A program made the translations under genes and the position numbers. Shown in pieces: positions 55,247 through 64,000 of a stretch of DNA of 64,000 bases; the first letter of the stretch is position 1, and every line of letters starts with the position of its first letter. The stretch covers positions 128,001-192,000 of the forward strand of contig CAWAUM010000003.1 in the NCBI GenBank assembly GCA_963785235.1, given 5' to 3'. Origin of the DNA: an uncultured delta proteobacterium (lineage in GTDB: Bacteria; Desulfobacterota; Desulfomonilia; UBA1062). Under the pieces are notes generated by a model, which was given only the letters and a program-made list of their open reading frames with translations, was not told the DNA's origin and did not search any database.

Positions 55247-56281
55247 TCACACATGGAACTTCTCGTCAATAAATTTAACGATACTGTAAGCATATTCCCT
55301 TTCGAGAATTGATTTCTCATGTACTATGTTCCAAGTGTTATCGTTCAACTCAAAATAAAATGGTGATCTTTCGATAGTTGCTGTCCCAAAGTGAATTGCC
55401 TGGAACTCGAGGAGATAAAATTGTCTTCCATCGTACGCAATATCCAGGGACAAATTAGGCACTTTCAAATAATTGAATATCTCCTGCGCAAAATCCAGGG
55501 TACCTTCTGGAATATTCTCAAGAAAAGCGAATTTACCACTGCCGCTGGCACGAAAATCATTATCTCGTACCTGGCGATTAAGAATGTAGTACTTTGTGCC
55601 GTAAACGAGCACTTTCCAGTCATCGTTGAGATCTGGTATGAAGTTTTGTACGACAAATTTTCTACGATGCCAAGAATCGCGCTTATATCCTTTGTGCTTA
55701 ATTGCCCTTGCAAAATTCCGTAACTCGTCCTTAAGCGAACGGGTTTTACTGATCTTTTGAGCGGATTTAAGTGCATCGGCTTTGTCGTTGGCAAGGAAGA
55801 CTCCGGTACTCATGGCTCCAGCATCCTGCTTGAGAACAAGCTTACCATCTGGAATAGCCTGAGAAGCAACAAAATCTTCATAGGTGCCAAAGCAGTGAGT
55901 ACGGATATTCTTCACAGCCTGCAGGCTATAAATATCTCGCAATATCTCCATGAATACTTTATTGTGATGCGCCCTGAAAACGTAAAAATCTGGAATTAAA
56001 ATGGCCCCCTGCAGTTGCAGGCCGAGTAAAATATCCTCAATATAGCTCTTATAATGAAGATTCCGGTCCTCTGAGCTTTGATAGAGAACATACTGATCTT
56101 TAAAGTTAATCTCCCTGAAATCTATCTCAGCATAACGAACAAGAACCGTCTCATACCCCTGTTCTCTGAAATACATCTCCAACAGGCGCTTGTCGAAACC
56201 GCTCATATAGGGATTCGCATATATGTTCTTGGTGTTGAACCGGTCTTTATAGTCGAGCAAGACATAAATCTTTTTCGTCAC
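55247..56281 (-). CDS. ATP-grasp ligase (RimK/TupA-like)
   Basis: LVLKQDAGAMSTGVFL, VVQNFIP, DWKV, DFRASGSG, LDIA...LLEFQ. Confidence 0.8.
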   Translation of the reverse strand: MTKKIYVLLDYKDRFNTKNIYANPYMSGFDKRLLEMYFREQGYETVLVRYAEIDFREINFKDQYVLYQSSEDRNLHYKSYIEDILLGLQLQGAILIPDFYVFRAHHNKVFMEILRDIYSLQAVKNIRTHCFGTYEDFVASQAIPDGKLVLKQDAGAMSTGVFLANDKADALKSAQKISKTRSLKDELRNFARAIKHKGYKRDSWHRRKFVVQNFIPDLNDDWKVLVYGTKYYILNRQVRDNDFRASGSGKFAFLENIPEGTLDFAQEIFNYLKVPNLSLDIAYDGRQFYLLEFQAIHFGTATIERSPFYFELNDNTWNIVHEKSILEREYAYSIVKFIDEKFHV

Positions 56282-56438
56282 AACTCGCCCTCCAATTCAA
56301 TATGTCCCTGCCACCCGGGAGCAGGTTTAAGCCTGTGAACAATCAAAAAGATATTGAACCCAAGATGTATAAAATCCAATACCATAATTGTTTTATATGC
56401 CTCCCAACATATATCTCAATAGAAGTAATTGATTTCTA

Positions 56439-57554
56439 TCACGATTCATATCTCAACAACTCCCGATAGATACTCTGTGTCGTCTCCGTCATTTTATTTA
56501 GACTGAATCTCTCGCGAGCGACGTGTTTTCCCATTAAGCCCATGGTTCTTCTCAACGCATCGTCTCGCAGCAGCCTCAAGGTTTGTTGGGCCATGGCGTA
56601 TTCATCGTTTATTCCGACACAAAAACCGGTCTGCCCGTCATCCAGAACTTCAAGGGTTCCTCCGCAATTAGTAGCAACCACAGGTACCCCCGAAGCGAGC
56701 ATCTCAATAACAGTATTGGGAAGACCTTCCGTGTCAGACGTCAGCACGCCTACATCTGTTATTTGCAGTATTTCCTCGACATCGTTTCGGATATCTAAAA
56801 GGAATACATTGTTATTGAGCCCGGATTTTTTGATGGCAAACGCCAATTCTTCCTTCAAGGAACCTCCACCAATAATGAGAAAGGCTGTATTCGGCTCATG
56901 CTCAAGCACCATTGCCGCCATCCTCAAAAACATAACAGGGTTTTTCCATGGCTCTAATCGTGCAACCAGAGATACAATATGCTTGAATCCCTCAAGATTG
57001 AGGTCGCATTTCTTCTGCCTTGGGTCGATATGTTTGTTGAATCTCTTCAAATCGACACCGTTATGCACGACTTTTATTTTATGTGGAGCGAGCTTATGGA
57101 AGACTTGCCGACCGGCCTCGGAATTGGCAAGGACCACATTTGAGAATAAGAAAGAAGCCTTGAGAAGTACTCTTTCATATGATGAAGTAGGATACCTGCT
57201 GGCCCTTATGGCTGAGTTAGCAATTGGTATTCCGGCTATCCGGGCTGCTATGGAGCCATATATGCCTGCCATGGACATGTATGTGTGGAGTAAGGAAATG
57301 TGATGTTTTCGAATCAGATGTACCAGTTTAGCTACAACAAAAGGGTCCCATCGCCATTTTCGTAACGCGTAATAAATGGGGATGTTGCACTGTTCGACTT
57401 GGTCCATAAACCCGTCCGCCTGATCAAGGGATACAAGGCAAGGATCGAAATACTCCCGATCAATTCCTTTGAGGAGTTCTACCAATTGCCTTTCAGCGCC
57501 ACCGATCGAAAGTGCAGCAACTACAAACATTATGTTGGTTCTTGGAGTTGTCAT
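56439..57554 (-). CDS. GT4 glycosyltransferase
   Basis: GGAERQ, VHNGVD, ARLEPWK, SDTEGLPNTVIEMLASG. Confidence 0.93.
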   Translation of the reverse strand: MTTPRTNIMFVVAALSIGGAERQLVELLKGIDREYFDPCLVSLDQADGFMDQVEQCNIPIYYALRKWRWDPFVVAKLVHLIRKHHISLLHTYMSMAGIYGSIAARIAGIPIANSAIRASRYPTSSYERVLLKASFLFSNVVLANSEAGRQVFHKLAPHKIKVVHNGVDLKRFNKHIDPRQKKCDLNLEGFKHIVSLVARLEPWKNPVMFLRMAAMVLEHEPNTAFLIIGGGSLKEELAFAIKKSGLNNNVFLLDIRNDVEEILQITDVGVLTSDTEGLPNTVIEMLASGVPVVATNCGGTLEVLDDGQTGFCVGINDEYAMAQQTLRLLRDDALRRTMGLMGKHVARERFSLNKMTETTQSIYRELLRYES

Positions 57555-57676
57555 GAATGATAGTATTTAAATTCAGTGCACATGTTGTAGTTCAAAAGCT
57601 TATATCGTAATTTGAGGCTGGACATAAACCGTGCGAGCTAAACTCCTCGTTTTTAAAGTCCGAATTAATTGGTTTA

Positions 57677-58312
57677 TCAGCAATTATCTGCATTAGTTTC
57701 TGTATAGTTTTTTATAATTATAGCTGGATTTCCACCCGCTACAACCATGGGGGGGATATCCTTATTTACAACACTGTTGACGGAGATCACGGAGCCTTTT
57801 CCAATCGTAACCCCCGGTAGCACTATTGAATTAGCTCCTATCCAGACATTGTCTTCAATTTTGACGGGTTTGCTTGTACCTCTGGTATTAATTCTATCTT
57901 CCACATTGGGAAATGATAGATCATGTCCGTTGCCATCGAAAATCTGGCAATTTGCCGCTATCAAGCAGTTACTACCAATAACGACTGATTCATATGCATG
58001 TATGCACGTGCCGACTATTCGCGTCTTATCTCCAATACGTATCTCCGCTCCCGGCCTATCTGCAAAAAGTTTCACAGGTGAATACAGATTAATATGATAT
58101 CCTTTATTTCTGGAATTGAGTGTCACACCATCTCCGATAGAGAGATTGCATCCTTTTCGGATATCGATCAGTGGCTTGCCAATAAGAATTATTTCCCCAT
58201 TTATCTCTATATTTTGTATTGATGAAATCCATAAAACCAAGAGTTTACTCCATATATACATAGGAATACTCAGAGGATCCGTTACTAGTGCATGAATTAT
58301 TTTTTTTAGCAT
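57677..58312 (-). CDS. Left-handed beta-helix acyl/acetyltransferase
   Basis: IGSNCLIA, DGNGH, IEDNVWIGANSIVLPGVTIG, GGNPA; true start MLKKIIH. Confidence 0.9.
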   Translation of the reverse strand: MLKKIIHALVTDPLSIPMYIWSKLLVLWISSIQNIEINGEIILIGKPLIDIRKGCNLSIGDGVTLNSRNKGYHINLYSPVKLFADRPGAEIRIGDKTRIVGTCIHAYESVVIGSNCLIAANCQIFDGNGHDLSFPNVEDRINTRGTSKPVKIEDNVWIGANSIVLPGVTIGKGSVISVNSVVNKDIPPMVVAGGNPAIIIKNYTETNADNC

Positions 58313-58349
58313 AGAGCACTCATTTCTGCTGTGGCCACGAGCAGGTGGA

Positions 58350-59506
58350 TTACTTATTAAGGTTAGTGGTATTGAGCGATTCAAGGCATTGGGTCCGTAC
58401 TTTATCGGCATTTGCCCGCCAGGTGTAGTTCTCTTCCACTCTCTTCCTTGCGTTTGCGCCCAGGTGTTCTCTATAGGCCTTGTCATGGTACAACTTTAAC
58501 AGAGCCTCTTTAAGGGCTTTTGTATCCTCGGAATAGATCAGCAGGCCTGATTCACCATCCACGATCAGTTCTTTTATTTGCCCAAGTGGAGGAGCAATAA
58601 TAGGTTTTGCCATGGCCATGTATTCGAATATCTTGAGCGGGGAGCCATGAAATCCGCCGGTTTCTGCGAAGCTGTCCTTTCTGTGGGGTGCTAATGCGAC
58701 ATCCATCACCGCTATATAATCCCTGACACGTTCATGTGGAACAAAACCCGCGAATATCACACTTTTCTCCAGTCCTTTGCTCCTTACTATCTCCTCATAA
58801 CGGTTTCTATTCACGCCATCCCCCACGATAAGGAACATGATGTTAAGTGACTTGGATTTTACTGCTTCGGCCAAGCAAATGAGATTTTCAATTCCATGAT
58901 ATTCCCGGAAATTCCCGACAAAACCAGCTACAAAGTATTTCTCCAGGTTCAATGATTTCTTCATGTTGTCGGAGGAAGTATCAGTGCTAAATATTTCCAA
59001 GTCCACGCCATTCTCAATAACGGCAATCCTCTCTTTTGCCATCAAAGATCTGCTCACGAGATGATCCTTCAAAACACTTGATACCACGAAACAACGTTGC
59101 GCCCGCCTGAACAATAACCAATCAAGCATAGCAGAAAGTCCTTTCCATTTTGACGAGGCTTCTATGGACCTGGTGGCATTAACTTCCAGAACTACAGGAT
59201 AAAAGAGACAGGCAGAAGATTGCCAGACACATATTGTGCGTATAACGGAAAAGGAGAACGTCGGGGTGGGATAGCCACGCGAGCCGGGATAACCTTACCA
59301 AGTGCGAGATGTTCAAGCCTATCCATGTTACCTTCGCCATTAGCTTTTTAGTAACCGACCATTTTGATTTATCTTCTGCAAATGGCACAAGGGTGATGCC
59401 CCCATCAATGATTCCTCTCCAGGGCGGCAAAGGCTTTCATAAAACTATCGATATGCACTTTGTTGCCTTCCCCGGCATATGCTATGTAGCAGTACTGTAC
59501 TTTCAA
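58350..59506 (-). CDS. GT4 glycosyltransferase (apparent indels in 5' half)
   Basis: TTG after CAGGAGG; IENGVD, FVGNFREYHG, GSPLKIFEYMAM. Confidence 0.85.
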
Positions 59507-60996
59507 CTAATCCTCCTGTTGGTGTTTTGTCTTCTTTGATATGTCCAGAACGACTGGAACTTCGCTTATGTCGATCTCTTATCCGTGCCAAGCCCAACAA
59601 TACCCAAAATACCTGGAATATATGCTGATTATTGAATTCTGTACCAAGAAATATGGATCATAATCACCAGGGCTCCACTAATACCACCCACACGAAGAAG
59701 GTCAAATATGCCATCTTCCATCCCGATTCTGATTCTGCCGAATGCAGACCAGATAATTGCCCCGATAATTGCCAGGAATAAAACAAGGCCGGGTGTGCCT
59801 GATTCCACCCAGATCTGGAGTTGGCCGCAGTGTATATAGTTCGGCATATCCAGTCCCGATAGGGCTTTTCGAACATACCTTCGATTATCACTCCAGCGGC
59901 TAAAGAAATCAGAGACCCCTGGTCCAATCCCGGTGATAGGGTAATTCTCTATCAATGGCAATGCCATAGCGAACTGATCAAGACGCCCCTGTGCAGAGGA
60001 GATCGCTTGCGGTTTTCAAAGCGATCCATAATCTTATCGGCGTAAAATATGGCTCCTCCAGACGCTACAAGACATCCGAACAAGCCTAACAACATTATAT
60101 TTGATAGCTTCAACATATGCGCGCGCCACATCATGAGCATTGCGCATAAGCTGCCCACCACAAAACTCAGCCATCCGGCTCTGGATAGAGAATATAAGGG
60201 CGATAATGCCCATCCCAAAACCCAGATATGATAACAGGGACCTACGGATTACAACAAAAGGAAGAAGAAAAACCAGAAGCATTGCCATATACCCAGCAAA
60301 TGCGTTTGTGGCACCTATAGTTCCTCCTATGCGCAGAGCGCCTTTAACAATGTACTCTGACATTTTAGCCGTATTGAAAGACTCACCCAAGATATCCAGC
60401 CCCAGTCCTCCACCATGCAGCAGTTGAGCAATTCCAATGGCAGTTTGTATTAGGATAACGGCTAAGATTGTTTTTTCAATTCGCCTTATAAAAGACACCA
60501 ACATCGTTATATTCAGAGCCAAGGCGTACAATACAAAGTACTTTATCTGCCATACGGCAAAGATGATGCTGCGATGCAGATGAGTGGAAAAATAGCTGAC
60601 TACTACTAACCAACCTATCCACATGATGAACAACCAGCCCATAGTATCAAGGCGAACCTTCAGCTGTCGTTCAAATGCAACCAAAATCAAGAGGCCGATG
60701 ATAAGATCACTAAGAAAGATCTGCAGTAACACGGGAGGATCTAGAGTAAAAGAATGTAACGACACGGAAAACTGAGAAAGAAAAACGACAGCAATTAACA
60801 GTGTCTCATACTTATTTCGAAAAAGAGTAAACGCAACAACTAACAGTACACACACGGTTGCAGCAACCTGACGCACTAATGATTCAGGCCAGATGGCGAA
60901 CAAAATATACAATACCACCGGGATAGCAAGTATCGTTACTGCCAACAACACCAGCGTTAACACGGGTGCATCGTGAGATCGTTTTGTTGAAATCAT
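59507..60996 (-). CDS. O-antigen ligase/Wzy-like polymerase (several apparent indels; 3' end approximate)
   Basis: Multi-TM; RIGGTIGATNAFA, SLSRAGW, YPITGIGPG, IHCGQLQIWVESG. Confidence 0.8.
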
Positions 60997-61015
60997 TCTA
61001 TATCACACATTATTA

Positions 61016-62477
61016 TTAAGCGTGATACGCTGACGCCTTTTTAAAAAAAGCAAGAAACTCGGCAATCAGCTTTCTGCTTAGAAAAGCTTGCAATCCAAGG
61101 TAGGTTACAGCTCCCAAGAGAATACATGAAGACATTCTGACATAGATATTCCAGCCAGTTCCTATATGGTTTAGGAGCACTATTACGAAGAACATGAGAA
61201 CGGTGGCTACTATCGTACCAATTTGCCACTTCATATAGGTAAGAACAGGCAGCCGAATAAGTTTGTGGGCGATAGTCAACAGGACAAGGTATCGTGCTGG
61301 ATAAAGAATTACCCATGACCACAATATCCCGTCTAATCCCATCCACTTTGCTGCCCAATAGAATGTGCCCGTAAATATTATGCAACTATATACGTTTACT
61401 TTGACATTCTCATAAGGATGCCCAATCGAGTTGAGTAGGCTTGGAACAAGGCCAGAAACAGTTCGAATAACAGTTACTATACATAGCATTGAAGAGGAAA
61501 CGTTGCCAGCTTCCAACTATTACCTAATAGTATCCTTACAACATCCGGCGCAATTGCTGCCAAACCGATACACATAGGGAAAGTAAAGAATGCGAAAAAT
61601 GCACTCGTCTTGATGAATATCATAATCAGTTGTTGAGATTGTTGATACTTTGAGAATAACGGGTATGCGACTCTATTCACAGTCATAGAAAGAAACTGAT
61701 ATATTCCCGTCGCGAATTGCAATGCTATTGTATAGATACCCAAGGTACGAGCGCCTAATAACCTTCCTATGATAAAGACATCAGCTTGATTAAAAAAATA
61801 CCAGAGAATACCGCTTGTAGTTGTATGCATACCGAAGGAAAGGAGTTGACGTATGCCTTGTTTGTCAAAATGAAATCGCGGATACCACTTTGCATACAAA
61901 GGAAGTGTTATTGCTAAAGCAAGTTTTTCGAATAATATCCATATACAAGACTCCATACGGCTGCCCTTGAATAGGCAAAAAATATCGGATATTCCTGATC
62001 GAATTATGCCAGCAATTAATTCCAATTTTACAATTAAATCAATTTGTATATTCCGGGACAAGATTCCTTTGCAAACGATTTGTGATGGCACACATAATAT
62101 AGCCAAGGCCATTATCGGAAGCAGGGCTTGCAGTCGTGGTTCATTGAATAGATGAGCGACAAAGGATGAAATATAATTGTGGCGAGTCCTACAAGTATAG
62201 CTCCTGTGAGCAAGAACCAGAAACAACTGGTCAGCAGTTTGTGGCTGATTTCTTTTATCTGAATAATTGCAGCCAAGAAACCACAGTCGATAAAAGTATC
62301 AATGAACCCTGTATATGTTAGAACCATAGCCATCAAACCAAAATCTTCCTTCACAAGCAACCGTGCAAGAACAATGGTTGTAAAGAGTGTAATGCCCTGA
62401 CTTAGTACTCTTGTGCCACCAGCCCATATAGTTGAGTTAATTAATTTTTTCTTTATGGTGCCTGCTGATTCGTTCAT
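61016..62477 (-). CDS. Wzx-family flippase (apparent indels ~62190 and ~61500)
   Basis: LARLLVKEDFGL, ADVFIIGRLLG, LGIYTIA, VAYPLFS. Confidence 0.88.
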
Positions 62478-62546
62478 TAGATCACTATATAAACCATCAG
62501 TTTATTTGGTATTATTTGACAAATCAAAGTGGTAGTGTGTTTTTGG

Positions 62547-63642
62547 TTACAACTTTTCAGAAAGAATTTTAACAATCCGTTTTGCCGAATGTCCATCCCA
62601 TAGTTTTGGACGACGACCCTTCTTGTTCTTTCCATTTAAGATCATTTTTGCTTCTTTTATTATTTTATCTGGTGAAATACCTACTACTATGTTCGTACCC
62701 TCAGACACGGTAATCGGGCGTTCGGTTGATTCCCGCAAGGTGAGGCATGGAACGCCTATGGCAGTAGTTTCCTCTTGAATACCCCCGCTATCAGTCAGAA
62801 CCAGCTTGGCATCCTTGAAAAGATTCAAAAAGTCCATATATGCAAGCGGAGTTGATAGAATGACATTTTCAGGGAGCCTTAAGTCATATTTAGTAAGCTC
62901 GCTTGTGTGCGGGGATGAACAGGGAAAAAAAGGGGTAGTTGCTTTGAGATTTCACTCATTGCATCAAGCAGGCCTTTTAATGTATCTAACTGATCGACAT
63001 TCGAAGGTCGGTGTAATGTTACCACGCCATAATTGGGGTGTTGATTCTTAAAACTGCTGGTGAAAGTTCATTCGGATTTTTATGATAGAGCTTTTCCAGC
63101 TGGTAATAGAGGTTATCGATCATTACATGACCTACGAAAAATATTTTGTCCTTCGGTTTTCCTTCGGCCCGCAAGTTCAATACACCACTTCTCTCTGTTA
63201 CAAAAAAATAATCGCTTATTGAATCAGTTACGATACGGTTGATCTCCTCAGGCATTAACATATCACCGCTTCTGAGCCCTGCTTCCACATGTGCTACTCG
63301 AATATGCATTTTTTTTGCAACGATGGAACAGGCTAAGGTTGAATTAACATCCCCTACCACCAAGATAAGATCGGGGTTCTCATTCAAACAGACTTTTTCG
63401 AACCGCAGCATTATTTTAGCAGTCTGTTCCGCATGACTACCGCCCCCGCATTCTAGATAGTAGTCTGGTTTCGGGATTTCCAGCTCTTCAAAAAACACAT
63501 CACTCATTTCCCGATCATAATGCTGGCCAGTGTGTATTATTTTATAGTTAAATACTTTTTGTAAATCAGAGATGGCTCTGATAATCGGTGCAATTTTCAT
63601 AAAATTCGGTCTTGCGCCCGCAATTAATAGAATATTTTTCAC
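62547..63642 (-). CDS. wecB: UDP-GlcNAc 2-epimerase, non-hydrolysing (apparent indels 62850-63050)
   Basis: GARPNFMKIAP, HTGQHYD, HVEAGLRS, PEEINR, LTDSGGIQEE, TERP. Confidence 0.93.
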
Positions 63643-63806
63643 TAATCTATCCCCTTAAGTTCATCACGGACATGGACACTTGCCGGTTGTTGACCACATT
63701 TCGGGAAAGTCCGATTGTCCTGAGAAGATAAAGAAAACTACAGGAGTAGGGTTGGCTCCATGGCTATTATGCTTACAGTTCATTTTCACCTGCCATGGCT
63801 GGGACT

Positions 63807-64000
63807 TCATTTGGAACCATTGCTGCTCCAGAAATTGTTGGTCATCGACCGCCACACATCAGCGATAAATCCTATTCCAGACACAACCAGCGCAAATCCG
63901 CTGAGTTCCTCATCCTTATGTAAGGCCAATCTTTTCAGCTCGAACACGTCAGAATGCCTATCATTCATTCCGCGAACACCAGTAAGTCCGCATGAATAGC
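63807..64000 (-). CDS. 3' end of a probable polysaccharide deacetylase (CE4-like), truncated by window edge
   Basis: Manual translation YSCGLTGVRGMNDRHSDVFELKRLAL resembles the GY..A.T...G.N.....L.R tail of CE4 proteins. Confidence 0.5.
   Translation of the reverse strand, partial: YSCGLTGVRGMNDRHSDVFELKRLALHKDEELSGFALVVSGIGFIADVWRSMTNNFWSSNGSK

Noticed and set aside
58299-58307. Poly-A tract at the start of the acyltransferase as a phase-variation switch
   Set aside because: In frame, encodes Lys-Lys-Ile, and is unremarkable in AT-rich DNA without read-level length variation.
36433-63642. EPS locus as a decaying set of pseudogenes
   Set aside because: The breaks I traced are indels with catalytic motifs intact on both sides, and the same pattern affects ribosomal genes.

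Overview
Bacterial chromosomal window; gene order and protein style suggest a deltaproteobacterial/Desulfobacterota-like lineage (inference). It has three blocks. (1) 1-31.5 kb, minus strand: an uninterrupted translation/transcription super-cluster, tRNA-Thr/Tyr/Gly/Thr-tuf-rpmG-tRNA-Trp-secE-nusG-rplKAJL-rpoBC-rpsLG-fusA-tuf-S10-spc-alpha, ending in a truncated rpoA. (2) 31.9-36.4 kb, plus strand: uppS-cdsA-dxr-rseP-tsaB, detached from its usual upstream frr. (3) 36.4-64 kb, minus strand: an exosortase (PEP-CTERM-type)-linked Wzx/Wzy exopolysaccharide locus with many tailoring enzymes (radical SAM, GH20-like hydrolase, ATP-grasp, acyltransferase, deacetylase-like and unknown proteins). Single-base indels break many genes, including essential ones, so most frameshifts are probably assembly errors. 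Best leads: a ~78-aa helical insertion in the RNAP beta' clamp, a rewritten PTC-proximal loop in ribosomal protein L3, the glycan-tailoring module, and a perfect 21-bp palindrome plus a possible leaderless promoter before uppS. No CRISPR array, rRNA, transposase or integrase was seen.
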